From the NCBI GenBank assembly GCA_964234715.1, contig OZ174278.1: DNA of 64,000 bases. The stretch is one strand, 5' to 3'. A program made the translations under genes and the position numbers. The notes under the pieces are model-generated. The model ran no database searches and was not told the origin of the DNA. It worked only from the letters and a program-made list of their open reading frames with translations. Positions 39,121 to 57,589 of this stretch are shown here, one piece after another (the stretch's first letter is position 1; the number at the start of each line of letters is the position of its first letter). The stretch comes from Podarcis melisellensis (Eukaryota).

Positions 39121-42100
39121 TCTTAATGTGACTATCTTGTACTTTTTGTATGTTTTATATATACATATATATTTAATGAGCACAAGCTTGAAGGTATTTT
39201 ATACAATTGAGTTAATACAAAAATGCTGCTTATCAAACTGAGGATTTATAGTTGAACAAAGTGAGAAACTCACAAGTGCGTTCTTTTGCATTTAGTGTAA
39301 TGAGATAGTCTTAAACCATTTTTAAATATTCTATGTAGCAGCGATCACTTTACCCTTCCAGATTTTCTCTAGTATTCATGTTAATTGTTATGTTTCTAAC
39401 AGCAGTTAATTGGATTGGTTGACAACGTTTGAGTGAAACATTCCCCATGTACGTGGGTATGTTTAGTGTTGACTTAAATCAAAATATTAGCCTGTTTTGT
39501 ATTAGAGCTGCAACAGTTCATATTTCCTTAGACCAGTAATTATTGTTAAAAATGTTTTTTCAAAGACTATCTTTCTATACAGGAACATGGAACTTGTTAC
39601 TTTGGCCTTGGAAAAATGATTAGTGTCAAGTGATTGTGAAAATACTTTTTCTTTTTCTTTCTTTTTTAAACTTACTTTCACAAGGCTATGACAAAACCCT
39701 CCTGGAGATAGTTTTCAGACAACTACTTAGGAGGTATTGCGGGTTATCTTTTCCCCCTGGAAGAGAGACTCCTGAGACTATTGCCTCTTTAAAATTAATG
39801 TGTAGCAGAAACCTGAAAAATCCTTTTCTTCCTTCTTGGCAAAACGTCTCATTTATTCATTTTAAGTGAAAATGTTCTGAATAATAATTAATGCATGCTT
39901 CTGTCAGAGTTTTGGCAGCAGTCACTTTAAAGCTGTAATGTAATACCTCAATATGAATGGCACACATTAAAACAAGTCCTCAAAGTGCCTAAAGGTTTAA
40001 TTTTACTCTTCTGCTAATTATTGAATCCTAATTTTTGTTTGTAACAGCTAATGAGAAATCCCTGTCTTCCATAAAAGCAATCCATCCAACAGTAATCCTA
40101 CATTTTTCCTAATCATTTGACATTAAATATATAGAAACTGATCACCCGTAGGAAAAGTTTTTAGTGTGTTTGTATCAGACTGTGTTTGTGTAAATAGCTT
40201 CATTTGCTTTACCAGAAGCAGTTCTTTGTGCAAATGATTTTTTGCCACTGACTTCAGTGAGTAAACCTTAACATTCTGTTTTTGTGTTAGCGCTGCTAAA
40301 TCACTCTAGTTAAGGAGGTATGCATGGCTACCAACTTGCTGGGTCTTCATTACATATTGTCACTTTGGGGGAGCTTTTGAATGCTGAAAGTAATGGGAGC
40401 CTCAGTTTTATTTAAAAACTTAATAGATTTTAGTGGTTGTGGTATGTCTGCAGTGTCCACTGAAGATTCAAAAAGCAAAAGAGAAATAAAAAGAATCCAA
40501 AATGGAATTTTAAACCTCATGATTCTTAAGCCATGTTATGTCTTTTTAAAAGGACCGTGAATTTTAAAGAATTAGCTTTAGAAACACAAATATAATGATT
40601 AAATTTGCCTCCCAGTTGGATTTAAGTTGTAACTAGCAAACCTTTTCCAGGCAGTGTATTAAACTCTGGGTGTCATGTCATTACTAAGTTACAAAGGAAA
40701 GTAAAGAGATGGGAGTAGAATAAGTATGCTGTTGTCCCTTTAGCTACACATTTGTATAGAAGCGAATGTTCATCACCACAGTGGTATTATCGCAAAGTGC
40801 AATTCCATTTTGAACTGAATGCAAAATATTAATTTGTTGTGGTGTCCATCTTTTCTAGAAGGACGTTTCCTAAGTGTTTCCTTCATACCTCCCTTGCATT
40901 TCGGTGCAGCTTTCCTGGGACAATTTTCATAAGTTGTTCAAGAGACACCCCCCCCCAAAAAAAGTTCTGTATTATTCATAAACATGCTGGTAACACTAGC
41001 AAATATTATATGGCTAAACATTTACATTTGTTTTTCTTTCTCTGTTCAAGCAAACTATGGTAGTATGTATTTTAAAAAAACACAAAAAACCCAGATCTTC
41101 CCAAAAAGGGAAATGTAGGATGCTAGAGAAAGTTATAGGAAAAAAGCAGTTGGGTGGGGGGGGGGGAGACAAGCACTCTTCTTGAATGGAGATTATGGAA
41201 GATAACAGAATATTGTGGTTGGCATAGTAACGGCTCATCATGACTGTAGATGCATCACCTCATTTACAGTAGATTAGTAGATCTTAGGAACCACTCATTA
41301 AAGGAAATGGGCAGAAAAGAACTTCCCTGCTCTCCCTCCTACATCTCCAAATCACCTTTCCTGAGGGTTGAAAAACCTGGGTGAGTTATGACGTTGGGAG
41401 CTACGGGAAAGGGGAGAATTGCCCAAGATTTTGAAGTGTCTTCAGCAAAGATGCACTTGCACGAGGTTCTGCTTCCTGAGTTGGGACAATCTCCCCATCC
41501 CACTGTGCCATAGCCCACCCACTCAAGGAGAAAAGAGTGTTGGAGAGTGTAGGGAGAAGGACAATCCCCTTTTGTTGTTTTCCTTCCACAAGCAATTCTA
41601 AGGATCCAGCCCGTACTTTTCAGGGAAGCCCATTCACACATGTGGAAATAAGCTGCCATGTGTTAATCACACACTATAAACGTGTGTGAACTCATCTTTT
41701 GTCTCTACCATTTTCCTGTGGCTAGTAGGAGACTCTTGTTGCTTGAGTCCTTATTCGTTGAAAGCCCTAAATGGACAGGGAAGCATTTTATTGTGTTAAA
41801 CTATTGATAGTTAAAATGGGATGAAGCCCATATGCTCCTTTAATTTATTTTACACTAAGCATGGAAGAGGAGCTTGACTAGTGTCTAGAATTTTCTGTTC
41901 GATTTTGAGAACTGCATGCAGCATGAGCAGGAAGGAAAATAATTCTTTGTGACTAGATGCTTGTGCAAACATTGTTCCCTCTCCTATCTTCTCATTGTGA
42001 GTAGCTTGCTATCAGATGTCTAGTGAAATATTAAATTCCAAAGGATTTATTTGCTATATTGTAGAACTGCAGCTGGGCTTTATCTGTGTTAATTGTGAAA

Positions 42101-44841
42101 GAACCTCATTACAGCCGAAGTTGTAGATTACCTGAAGCTTTTTGCGGCATATCATCTGTGCTGGCCTATGAAGGCGGTTTGACTTAATGAATTGCATGAT
42201 TTTGCTCAGATTATCAAAATCCACTTGTGGCAAAAATTCTGTACTGCTGTGGCTTTAAACCATAGTGAATAGTAAACCTGCATGCTTAACAGCAAATACT
42301 GCAGAAGCAGGAGCACTCAGGTAAATCACAGGGCGAGTTAAAAAGATGGTGCTTAAATAGTGCTAGAATACTGCAGTGGCTTAAGAGATTTTAACTACAA
42401 ATCAGGACGTTCCTAGTTGCAAATTCACCTCTGCCGTATACTCACTAGGCAGACTTTTGGGTCTCAGAATTTCAGCAGCGCCATGTGTGATGCCAAAATT
42501 CAGCGCACGCAACTGCCTCTCGCACTCTGTTCTAAATCATAGTTGTGGAGTCCCCTGTGGCGCCCCTAAAGCGCCACACCCAGTGAAGCCAAACCAGTTG
42601 TGCTCCCCTAAATCTGCCTTTGCCCTAGGCAAACTACTCTCAACCTCAGGTCCCCATAATTTTGTAATGGGTTGGATAATAAAACTGATTTGGCTTAGTG
42701 TTGTAAGGATTACAGCTAGATTATGTTTGAAGCACTTTGAATGCTTGAAAGTTATATCCAAAAGTTAGCTGTTATCCTTCAGAGAAATAATTCTTTTTGG
42801 AATGTGGTGTTCCTATGCGTCTTGTCAATATATGATACTGACCTTCAGCAATGCACTATTCTGTCTTAATTCAAAGTGTTAACCTTCCAATTAGCAGTTT
42901 TTCTATCAACTTCACACGTTTGCTCCACACATTCCCTGCCTCGCAAATACATTGGCGTGAACAAAATTATTGGCACATCGATCAGTTACAGATAGGCAGC
43001 AGAAATGCCTGGGGTTACCCCTGTCTGGGCATTGGGCAAGCAGCTATACAGCCCCATGACTGAAACAAGTATATTTGCTCAAGCACAAGAACTGACTTGT
43101 TCACATGTAGAGCATAATGTTTTAATGTGTGGTATTTCTATTGTTTGTTAGTTGTATCAAGCATTTTTTTGGAAGTGATTATGGAGTTTATTAAGCAGCA
43201 TATGTGATAAGCCAGCCAAAGGTTTATCTCCTCTTATCTACCATGATTATATTGGAAACTTTCTCATATCTAACTGGTACTGCCTAATTTTCAAACCTCC
43301 TCTAAGAAATTGATATATTTGCAGAATTGTATTGTGCTAATTATTGGATCAAATTGGCTGGCATACCTATATTTTTCTACTTACTACTTTGAACAGCTGT
43401 TTTTAAAATCTGTTTTTCTGTTGAAGTGTCTCCCATTGCATTGGTTGTTCCTTGGGGTGAGCTTCCTAGTTTTTCAGCTTAATTCCTGCTGCACCTCAGT
43501 TCCTCAAAACAAGTTTCCTTCAGTGCTAAAGGTTCTGGGTGTGTTACTCCACATTTGATTCCTCTGCCTATACTTGCCACCTCATTATGTACTTTTATTT
43601 TGTTCTTGGTTCTTGCTTTCTTGCTCGGTACATAATTATTAATTTTTTTCTTTCTTCAGTGTATGAATCTCACAAATCAACTTCTAGTTTTCAGCAAAGA
43701 AGATTGTTTAGGTGACTTAAAAACTAAGAATATTTTGAACTAAACATTTTCAAAGAAAGGCACATAAGCAGGGATGATGAGAGTTGTATAAATTTATGCT
43801 TAGTGTGAAGGAAGTACATAGCAAAGTTTTTCTCCCTCATAATTTTGGAACCTGATTCAAGATGGGTAATGTCCACTCGTATCTCCTAATAAGGACTAAT
43901 ATATGTTACTTCAAGGACCTGGGGTTCTGTCCGCACTATATTTTTAAAGTACCTTTCCCCTCTTAAAGAATTCTGGGCACTGTAGTTTGTTAAGGGTTGC
44001 TGGAAATTGTAACTGGGGTAAACGACAGTGCTCCAAACCCTTTGAGAAACCATGTGCTTAGAATGTGCTTTAATGGTGGTGTGAGCACACAGAGCTGGTA
44101 TTCCTCTGAAGATTGGATGCTGGTAAGAGCAGGAGAGTGCTGTTGCATTCATGACCTAATTGTCGGCATCCCATAGGCATCTGGTTGACCACAGAGAAAT
44201 GGGAACCTGCACTAGATAGGCCTTTGGTCTCATGCAGCAGGGCTCTTGCTATCTTACATTTTCGGTCCTTGCTCAGCAATTAATTCCCCTGCGAGATAAT
44301 TTTCACACAGGAGTAAGCGGGTTAAGTTTCAATTCCTACCCCATTAAGTGGCTGCTAGCCAGTTCTGTTGCCACAAATGGCATTTCTTCCAGAGATACTT
44401 TACCTCTTAGGGTGGTAACACTGGGCTGGCAGCACCTTTCAGAACCAAATGCTGATTCCTGTATTGTGTTGACATGAGTGATCAAGGCAGAAAGAGTCTA
44501 GTTGGGAAGAGGAAAAGTTAGCATATACTTCCCCCAATTTAACAATTTTGGTAGTCCTTGTTTCATCTGTTAAGACTGCTGTCACTCAACACACTGGCCC
44601 TTCATAGGCTAATATCCAGCTTAGTGCGCAACCATATGCTCTGACCAGCAACGGCAGGGCTTGATGGAACAGCACAGCCCCAGAACTTGTCCCAGTGCAA
44701 CAAAGGCCTAAAATGAGTCAATGCCATCCAGTAGATCCAGTGCTGGCTTTCCCCCACAACACCCCATTTCAGGGCTTCCTGCTGACTACCAACAGGAGAG
44801 TCTGCTGGGTGGTGTAAGGGGGTTCTTGCCTGCGGGGCTGG

Positions 44842-44936
44842 CACCACCCAAACTCCTTCCACTATAGCACCACCCTTTGCACCACCCAAACTCCAACTCC
44901 TTCCTTTGCACCACCCAAACTCCTTCCACTATAGCA
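44842..44936. repeat. Complex short tandem repeat (caccacccaaactcc / ttccactatagc units)
   Basis: Three copies of gcaccacccaaactcc interleaved with ttccactatagc and cctttg. Confidence 0.8.
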
Positions 44937-45542
44937 GATTAGGGGCTTGGATTTCTCTGTAAATCATGCTTGGGGTAGATCTGTTGAAATCAGTGCACTT
45001 TGTCCATTGATTTCCATGAGTCTTATTCTGAGTGTGACTAGTGTCAAAACCTACATGGCCAATTCACCATGAGTTTCGTGTTAGTCCTATTAGGACTGAG
45101 AAATTTGTTCCAGCTATGGGAAGTATTTTTCTCTGTCTAGAGATATATGAGCTAAGCTTAACCCACAATTCTGTCGCCACCTCTATAGGAATTCTATTTT
45201 TGGATATATTATTGTAAATGCTACTGACACATTTTTCATTTCTAATAAGCATTTGTTTTGGCCATGTTACTTTGATTCCGCTGCAGCCCACTTTCAATTG
45301 TATTTTGAGTATTTCTAAGCATTAATTACAATTGAGAGGCGCCATTACCACAAGCAAGCATTAGGGGGAAAGACAATAGAGGGGAAATTTAGTTAAGTGT
45401 GACAGGCCTTTTACTAGACTAATACTGACTTTCTTGCATGTTACAAACTTACAAAAACTGTACATTGTGGTGGGGGAGCAGCTATTTCAATGTGTAAGCC
45501 TATTCTGAAATACTTAATAGCTTTTAGTATATCTCTGCTTCA

Positions 45543-45700
45543 CAGTGGCGTAGCGTGGGGGTGCGGGGGGGGGGCCCCGGGCGCAACACCTGGAGGTTAG
45601 GGTTAGGGGGCGCAAATCCACGGGTTAGGGGGCACAAATCCACGGATTAGGGGGCACAAATTACTTGCCCCGGGTGCTGACAACCCACGCTACGCCACTG
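45543..45700. mobile_element. hAT MITE with internal TTAGGG-containing 22-bp tandem repeat
   Basis: Perfect 17-bp TIR CAGTGGCGTAGCGTGGG / CCCACGCTACGCCACTG; perfect 8-bp TSD CTGCTTCA (45535-45542, 45701-45708). Confidence 0.92.
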
Positions 45701-46124
45701 CTGCTTCATCACCCGCCCCTGCAAGTATATTCAAATAACACTTTACGTCGCCACGAGCGTCAACTACTATTTTGCATTTGAACTAAATTTAAGGTTTTCA
45801 GAAATTCATAATTTTAAATTCAACATAGATCTATGGGGAATATGAAAACTTAGAAACTCCGCGTAACTGCCATTTTTATACAGAAGTATTGGTTTGCATG
45901 ACATACTGTAGATGGTTTCTAGTTCAGCACTTTCTGAAACTGTAGTACAGTACTAACTTGCAAGATTAGTCTTATGTTTAAGGGGAAAGTTCATTTATTA
46001 TGTACATTGATGTCTAGCTACTTTAATGCAGTTGAGCTTTTATGCTTTTCACTGATCTACAGGAATGCTGGAAATTTGGTTTCAATTTATTGTGGTTTAC
46101 TTCAAAGTGTGCTTTCAAGTGTAC

Positions 46125-46474
46125 AGGTAAAGGTACCCCTGACCATTAGGTCCAGTCGCAGACAACTCTGGGGTTACACACTCATCTCAGTCTATAGGCC
46201 AAGGGAGCCTGCGTTTGTCCACAGATACCTTCCAGGTCATGTGGCCAGCATGACTAAACCGCTTCTGGCAAACCAGAGCAGCGCACAGAAATGGTGTTTA
46301 CCTGCCCGCTGGAGCGGTACCTATTTATCTACTTGCACTTTGACGTGCTTTCGAACTGCTAGATGGGCAGGAGCTGGGACCGAACAACGGGAGCTCACCC
46401 CGTCACGGGGATTTGAACCACGACCTACTGATTGGCAAGCCCTAGGCTCTGTGGTTTAGACCACCGTGCCACCC
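46125..46474 (-). mobile_element. Sauria SINE, near full length
   Basis: Minus strand has a tRNA-like head (box B ggttcaaatcccc), the central tcatgctggccacatgacc block and an ACCTTT-type tail (aggtaaaggt on +). Confidence 0.85.
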
Positions 46475-46871
46475 TTCAACAATATACTTCAATATAATGA
46501 AATATTGCATGTACTATCACACTAAGAGTAGTAGAAACTACTACTTGCTGTAGAAACTATTTGCAGTTTCTTAACTTTCTCCTCTAGAATGCTTTGCGCC
46601 TCATGACTGAAAGTAGCCCTTTTTATTGGAAAGCAATGTTTTAGGAATAAGTTACTTTACTACAGTATCTTTTCAGGATTTTTCCTGGTTTGTTAATTCT
46701 GTGAAATAATTTTGGTCCCTGTAATTTTAGTTTTCTCTCCAATGTTCATATGCTGGACAGAGCAACACGTCACTGGACCCTTGTAGCAACATGCATGACC
46801 AGTATACCACTGCGCTGCTATTCTAACACAACAGTTTGACTATAGCCTACTTGTTGCAGCGAATAATCATA

Positions 46872-47059
46872 CAGTGGTACCTCGGGTTACAGACTCTGCT
46901 AACCCAGAAATAGTACCTCGAGTTAAGAACTTTGCTTCAGGATGAGAACAGAAATCGTGCAGTGGCGGCAGCAGCGGGAGGCCCCATTAGCTAAAGTGGT
47001 ACCTCAGGTTAAGAACAGACATCCGGAACAAATTAAGTTCTTAACCAGAGGTACCACTG
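46872..47059. mobile_element. Tc1/mariner (pogo/Tigger-like) MITE
   Basis: TA|CAGTGGTACCTCGGGTTA ... TTAACCAGAGGTACCACTG|TA. Confidence 0.9.
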
Positions 47060-49218
47060 TACACCTGTAGGCTGTCTCAAGTGTCCTACGTATGGTGAAC
47101 GTCATATTCTTCTAGGTTGTACCAGTATTGTTAATCTGTAATCTATTGCTGCATGCTACTTACCTTTTCATAGAGTTAAGAGTTTATAATTGTTTCATGG
47201 GTTATAAGTCTGGCCAAGACTAACATTTTTGAGAGCTCTACAGCTTTCAGGCTGTCAGCAGGACATCCCCAAAAATATTTCAATTCCTTTTTTTTCGCAT
47301 ACATGTATTATGTGTATATTGAATATTGGACAAGAGTAACTGATAGGATTAGTGTCTTGCTGCACCTAGTAGCAGTTTTCAAACTATATAGTCAACGTGT
47401 TGACTTTTTCTGCATTGCTAGTTTACTTCTAATTAAGCAATCCTCATTCTTAGCTCAATGATTCCTTTCAAGAGATTGTTCTTCACTAAGAGTTACATCA
47501 CTGTTTTTCTAAAGGGTTGCTGTGGACTTACAACTTTATTCCACCCCAACCAACAGATCCAGTGGTAAAGGATGTGTAAATTATAGGCCAGCACACCACA
47601 GCTCCCCCCCCCCCCCGGGTAGCCATGCACTTACAAATACAAGCAGTAGTTTTCCAATTGCTGTACATCTAGGAAAAGCCACACCTGCTTCTGAGACTTA
47701 CTGGGTTGCTTTTTAAAGCAATTTGTGCTCACACAGATTTGCTCCACACATACGTAAGGCAGCTGCCTGTTATTTTCAGATAGTGTGCTCTCTACCGTGT
47801 GTATTCTAAAGGTTTGTTAAGCTATATAGTTCTTGAAAGGAAATGATAAAACTGTGCTGCCTGTGACATCATTAAGAGTACATATCATTAGCCCAGCTTC
47901 AAAAATATTCCAATTTCTGTTTTCCAATTAGCAGCACTTGTGTATATTTCTTACATGCTTCAATTTCCTTTTGTGAAAGCAGCCTTCCCTCCACCTCGTT
48001 TATCAGCAAAATACAGCATGCTAGTGATAACATCATGCAAAGCAAGAAGTCTGTTAAGTGTCTAGAAAATGTATGCTCTCACAGCGTTGCTTTTTCTATC
48101 CGTGGTCCTCTGAAAACTATTCCATCTACTAAACATTGAAACTTGTTTTCTCTATATTTGCACAATGTACTTAGGGCACCGATAAATCCTTATGCTATTT
48201 ACATGGTATGGGGCAAAGCAGACTACAGAACAGGAGTTCACTTGTCTTTTCATTAAATGGAAAGCAGGAACTTCTTCCACCTGCTGTAGCAATCTTTCTC
48301 ATGTTGTGCTGCTGCTGTGAGAGCCGTCACAAGAAAAAAGGAGGGGAAGCTGGAAAATATATTGTATAAGCAGTATCCTTAACTCTGGATGCAGTCATTT
48401 GAGCCATGTTCTAAGCAGCCCAAAATGACATTCTAGGGAAACTAATGTACCATCAAAACATCTCTCCACTATTTGGATATGGGCTGCTTGGACTATCCCT
48501 CTTTCCTTGAACAGCTGACCATGTCAAACGGCTTTTGGAGGGAGATGTACCCTCCTCCCAAGTTTGCCAAAAGACCCTTGGGTGCAGCTGCATAGTTTGG
48601 TCCTTATTAAACAGGCTTCTTTAAGACAAAACTGGGCTTTTGTATCCAACACTGCAAACCGTTCTGCTCATGCAACAGGACTTCTTCCACTTGTGTGTAC
48701 CCCCAACCCTCTGGAGAAATTTATAGTGTGCCAGGGAGCAAAGGGGAGAGGAAGGTCCTATTACACAAGCAGAACATTATAAGTGCCTTAAACATACCTA
48801 ACATTTTGTTCAGCATTATGGAACTGTTTAAAGGATTCTATTTTGCCATTAATCTAAGCATATCACTCTCTTTCTACTCCCATTTGACATGTCTTTGCTA
48901 TGTAGCAAAGTGTAAGAATGTTGCATTATGTACTAAGAACCAAGTTTGAGATCTTGCCTTCCTGAAGCTTGATGAGAGAGCACAAGAGACCTGCTGGATC
49001 AGACGAAAGGCCCAAAGTCCTGCTTCCTGTTCTCAAACTGGTCTACCAGATACTTGATCTATCTAGACAACTTCATACACAATCTAAAATAGTTCCTTTA
49101 TAAGGTGATTAAAATTTCAGGGCCATTTACACATGTATAAAATGTTTAGACAAACTGTTAAAACTAAAAAGAAAATGCCTCTCACACACATTGTACCAGT
49201 TTTGAACAAAAGGTGGCA

Positions 49219-49224
49219 TTTATT
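49219..49224 (-). terminator. RPL8: RPL8 polyadenylation signal AATAAA
   Basis: TTTATT on the + strand, about 28 nt past the stop; a short 3' UTR is typical of RP mRNAs. Confidence 0.8.
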
Positions 49225-49251
49225 TCTTTATGAATATATTGAACTGAATAT

Positions 49252-54060
<4,809 letters not shown>

Positions 54061-54639
54061 TTATTAGCATGCTTATTTAGAAAATGCAGCTGTCTCTAGT
54101 GTAGAAAGATTCTTTAGTATGGGTCTCTATCCCACCCATCTTTCAGTTTAAAACACTTTCAGTATCTAGCGTGCTTGTTTTCTATATCACAAGTATTTTA
54201 ACTGTATTTCTGGATCTCACACACAGTGTTCCTATCAATCTAATGCACTATTTGTGGTTTCTCAAAGCCCTCTCAAATGCCAAAGTTTGAGAGTACAGCT
54301 TTTTTGTATGGGAACTTACTTTCTCCTCTATAGTCATGGTCTCACATAGCTCAGTATAGGTTAAACACACACGAACATATACCCCAATGTTTTTATATTA
54401 TTTTGAAAGTTTTTCAATGAAAATGTTTGCAACTCATACTGCTTTCTGCACCAAAAAGTTATTCTTGGTATATGGACCTAAAGCATAAAGACTTGCAATT
54501 TGCAAGTTAGCTTATTTAAAAAATTCAACAGGGCTTTTGACTAAAACGGAGTACGTAGAAGAAAAATATTTGCGACAGCAGGAGTTTCATATATCTTAAG
54601 AATCCTCTAACAATGTTATTCTGTTCAGGATCGCCCTGG

Positions 54640-55830
54640 AGAATGGCTGCCGTTACAGACGTTTTTTAAAACACAAAATCACGAGCACAAAAATATCCCC
54701 CTCCTCCTGTTCCCCTCGAGCTCGGTCTCCCGTCGGAGCCCATTCTCCGCTGCTCGTGGCCTCGGCAGCCAAAGGAAAATCCAGGCTCGCCCGGCAGCGG
54801 GAAGCGAATAGTTCATGGGAGCCGCACGAAGAGACGTGCGAAATGTTCCCCGCCCGCGAAACCGGCCAGGGGAAGCGGAGGCCGATGCCGGCCATAGATG
54901 GTCGGCGGGGTGCCGCCGCGGCCCCGATGGACACGGATACACTCCCGAGGCCTGTTTCGTGTCTTACCTCAGCCGGGGCTTGGCTCGGAAAGAAGGAAGC
55001 TCCGGAGGTCACAGCGCCACCAAGTCCTTCCGGCCTGGACGGCGAGCGGCAGGCGTAGAGGCGTCAGGGGCCTGACGGGTAATGTAGTTCCGGCATCCGG
55101 GTACTTGAAAAGTCTGTGGGGCACGTGACGCGCTCCGAGCCTCCCCGTTCGATTCAATGCAGGACGCGGCTTCTCCGTTTCCCTTGCCATAAAAAATCGC
55201 AAGGATGCGGCAAAATGGCAGCGAAGCGCCCGCCGCTCCCGCTTCTCCTTTCCGCCCCCCATGACGAGAGTTCGTGGGAAAGGCGTTGGAGAGCCGCTGC
55301 TGCTGCCCGCGCCCTGGAAATCGCGGGCTGCCGGCGAAACACCCCCCGTGTATATTTACCCCGAAGAAAATCGCAATAAGTTAAATGGAACTTAATGCCC
55401 CCACCCCACTTTCTGGTATGTTGTTATTTATAGGCGGTTCCGGCTGTTTTGTAATTGACTTGAAAATTGTATTATTTTTTTTAAGAAATAATCCACTGGG
55501 CTCCTTCCTTAGCAACTTTGCTTAGTAAGATTGCCCCTGAAATTTGTCGCCCTCCCTTTCGAATCTGCGCTGTCCCTGCAGAGGATAAAACGCCTGCTTG
55601 ATTCCAGCTGCACTGCTGCTCCCTTTGCACGGCCACACCAGGTTATGTAACGCGCGCCGCCTTCCTTTCAGCGGCAATGGAGCTTGGGCTCTTGTCGGGG
55701 CTTTTTTTCTCTCTCTCGCTCCCCTCCCCGCCCGCCGGGGCTGTGTTGGCATTTAAAAGCTGCGTCACGACAAGCAGCGATTCGGCAGGTGAAGCTGTCA
55801 GCGCAGATACAATGGGCGAGGAAAGCTTCA
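54640..55830. promoter_or_regulatory. CpG island / RPL8 promoter
   Basis: High GC and CpG density. Minus-strand CCGGAACTACATTACCC (ETS + ZNF143-like, about 55077-55093), E-box CACGTG 55122-55127, YY1-like AAAATGGC 55212-55219. Confidence 0.85.
54968..54999 (-). other. RPL8: RPL8 non-coding exon 1 with 5'TOP / TCT initiator
   Basis: Minus strand reads CTTCCTTCTTTCCGAGCCAAGCCCCGGCTGAG|gtaaga: a pyrimidine run followed by a consensus donor. Confidence 0.85.
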
Positions 55831-55996
55831 CATTTGCTGATTTCCTGCTTGGCAGGAGGCTGTTGGAAGACAATCGGAGCCATCCTGAAAAACGAGTCGG
55901 GGTTAGGCCATTAGAGAATTGGGAGGCTTTCATTCAGACAAACTAAAATATCCTTGCTTGCTGAGATTAGGTAATGCTGTCATGTTTCTTTTAAAC

Positions 55997-56208
55997 CAGT
56001 GGCTCTTAACCATGTTTGGGCCATGGGCTCTTCTGAGAACTTGATGAAAGCTATGGACCCCCCTCCCCCAAAAAAATATACACAAACACATATATACACA
56101 AAAACTAAACACAAAATATGCATACAAATTTTATTTACAGCATTGGGAGAAAAAAGTACTGTTATTTTTTGGGTACAGATCCCCTGAAACATAGGTAAAG
56201 AACCCCAT
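55997..56208. mobile_element. hAT Charlie/MER5-like MITE
   Basis: Imperfect TIRs CAGTGGCTCTTAACC / GGTAAAGAACCCCAT; 8-bp TSD TTTTAAAC (55989-55996, 56209-56216). Confidence 0.7.
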
Positions 56209-57589
56209 TTTTAAACTAAGAAGCCGCTCTGCTGACACCTTTCAATTCAGACCCAAGGTCTACAACATCCCTTGTTAGTTTCCAATTTTGGAGAAATACT
56301 GTCTGTTGATCCCTAGGACAGGCAATATCCAAATTCTTCAAATAATACCTTTTTATAGTGTTCTTTATTTTTATTAAATCATTTCGGCATACGACAACAG
56401 TTTGCAGATAAATATTGAAATATCCCACCCTAGCCCAGAAGCTGGTGTTTAGGCAATACAGTACATACATCTACTCTTTGTACAGATGGTGATGAATAGT
56501 TTAGGTTAACCAAAAAGTTTTAAACTGTGAGGGGACCTCTCTACTTTTGTTTTTAGCTGTGTGCATAATAAAACTGCCATTCATTTACAAAGGAGTCTTT
56601 GTGCTTCATTCTAATAATACCTTTTTATTGGATGAATTGCATTGGCAGGTGACAGACTTCTGATATGTACTGAATTCTTTTTTAGATCCAATGGAAACTA
56701 TATGAACCATTTCAGATATTGTTGCCTTTTTAAAAGCAGCATCTAAACTAATATCCAATTCAATCTTTGTTTGGATGCAAGGCACATTAAAATGCTTAAA
56801 ATGCAACTAGGTTGTTCTGTTTCTTTATTTGGATTGAAGCTGGTGTGTGTGTACACCACTTCCCAAACCAGCAACAGGAACACATGGGATGCAGAGTAAA
56901 TGGAAGTGTGTACACAGCCACTCTACACACCTCCAGTTTCTGATTGTCTTTTACATATGTAACACCCGTGTCTGAGAAATTAGCCAGTTGCCTGCCCTGG
57001 AGATGGTTGTACTCCCCTTGAAGGAGCAAGCATACAGTCTGGAGATGCTTTGGGAACCAGCTTTTGTCACTGGAGGCACAGCTGACAATAATACCACACT
57101 GAGAGCTTACACAGAGTTCATCACTCTGTGGCTACAGATTAAGCCGCATTGGAGCTGTGGGACTGAAGGGAGAAAAGAATAAAAATGCCAACCGCCAGGA
57201 AAACCAATTATTCTAAGGGCTTTGGTAAAAAAGGTAACTAATCCATTAACCAAAGGCTTTGGAAAAAGTGGTGCAACTACAAATTATGGATGTGATACTA
57301 ACAGTGGGCCTTATACAGGCAGGTTGATGGTTTCTCATGATATGACAGATACTTGAAGCAAATCTGTAGTGACAATTAATATTTCAGTCATGTCTGAATG
57401 TAAGAACTAGAAACGTCTTTTGTCAGTTTGGCTGGTACAACAGCTACAGCCGTTCTTGGACTTGACCACAGTACAGTAGTAGTCCAGGCACCGTTAAAGA
57501 TTGGATTTTGCCAATGAACTCTGTGTAAGGCTTCCCTTGTGCTTGGTCTGGAAACTGCAGTTAGTGCAGAATGCTGCACGACTGGTAAC

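Noticed and set aside
44842-45660. Short repeats considered as a CRISPR-like array
   Set aside because: Vertebrate DNA, no unique spacers and no cas genes; simple tandem repeats
45974-46459. 161-aa ORF
   Set aside because: Mostly the antisense strand of a Sauria SINE
54653-55946. Dense overlapping ORFs around the RPL8 promoter
   Set aside because: Expected from stop-codon scarcity in a CpG island; none resembles a known protein
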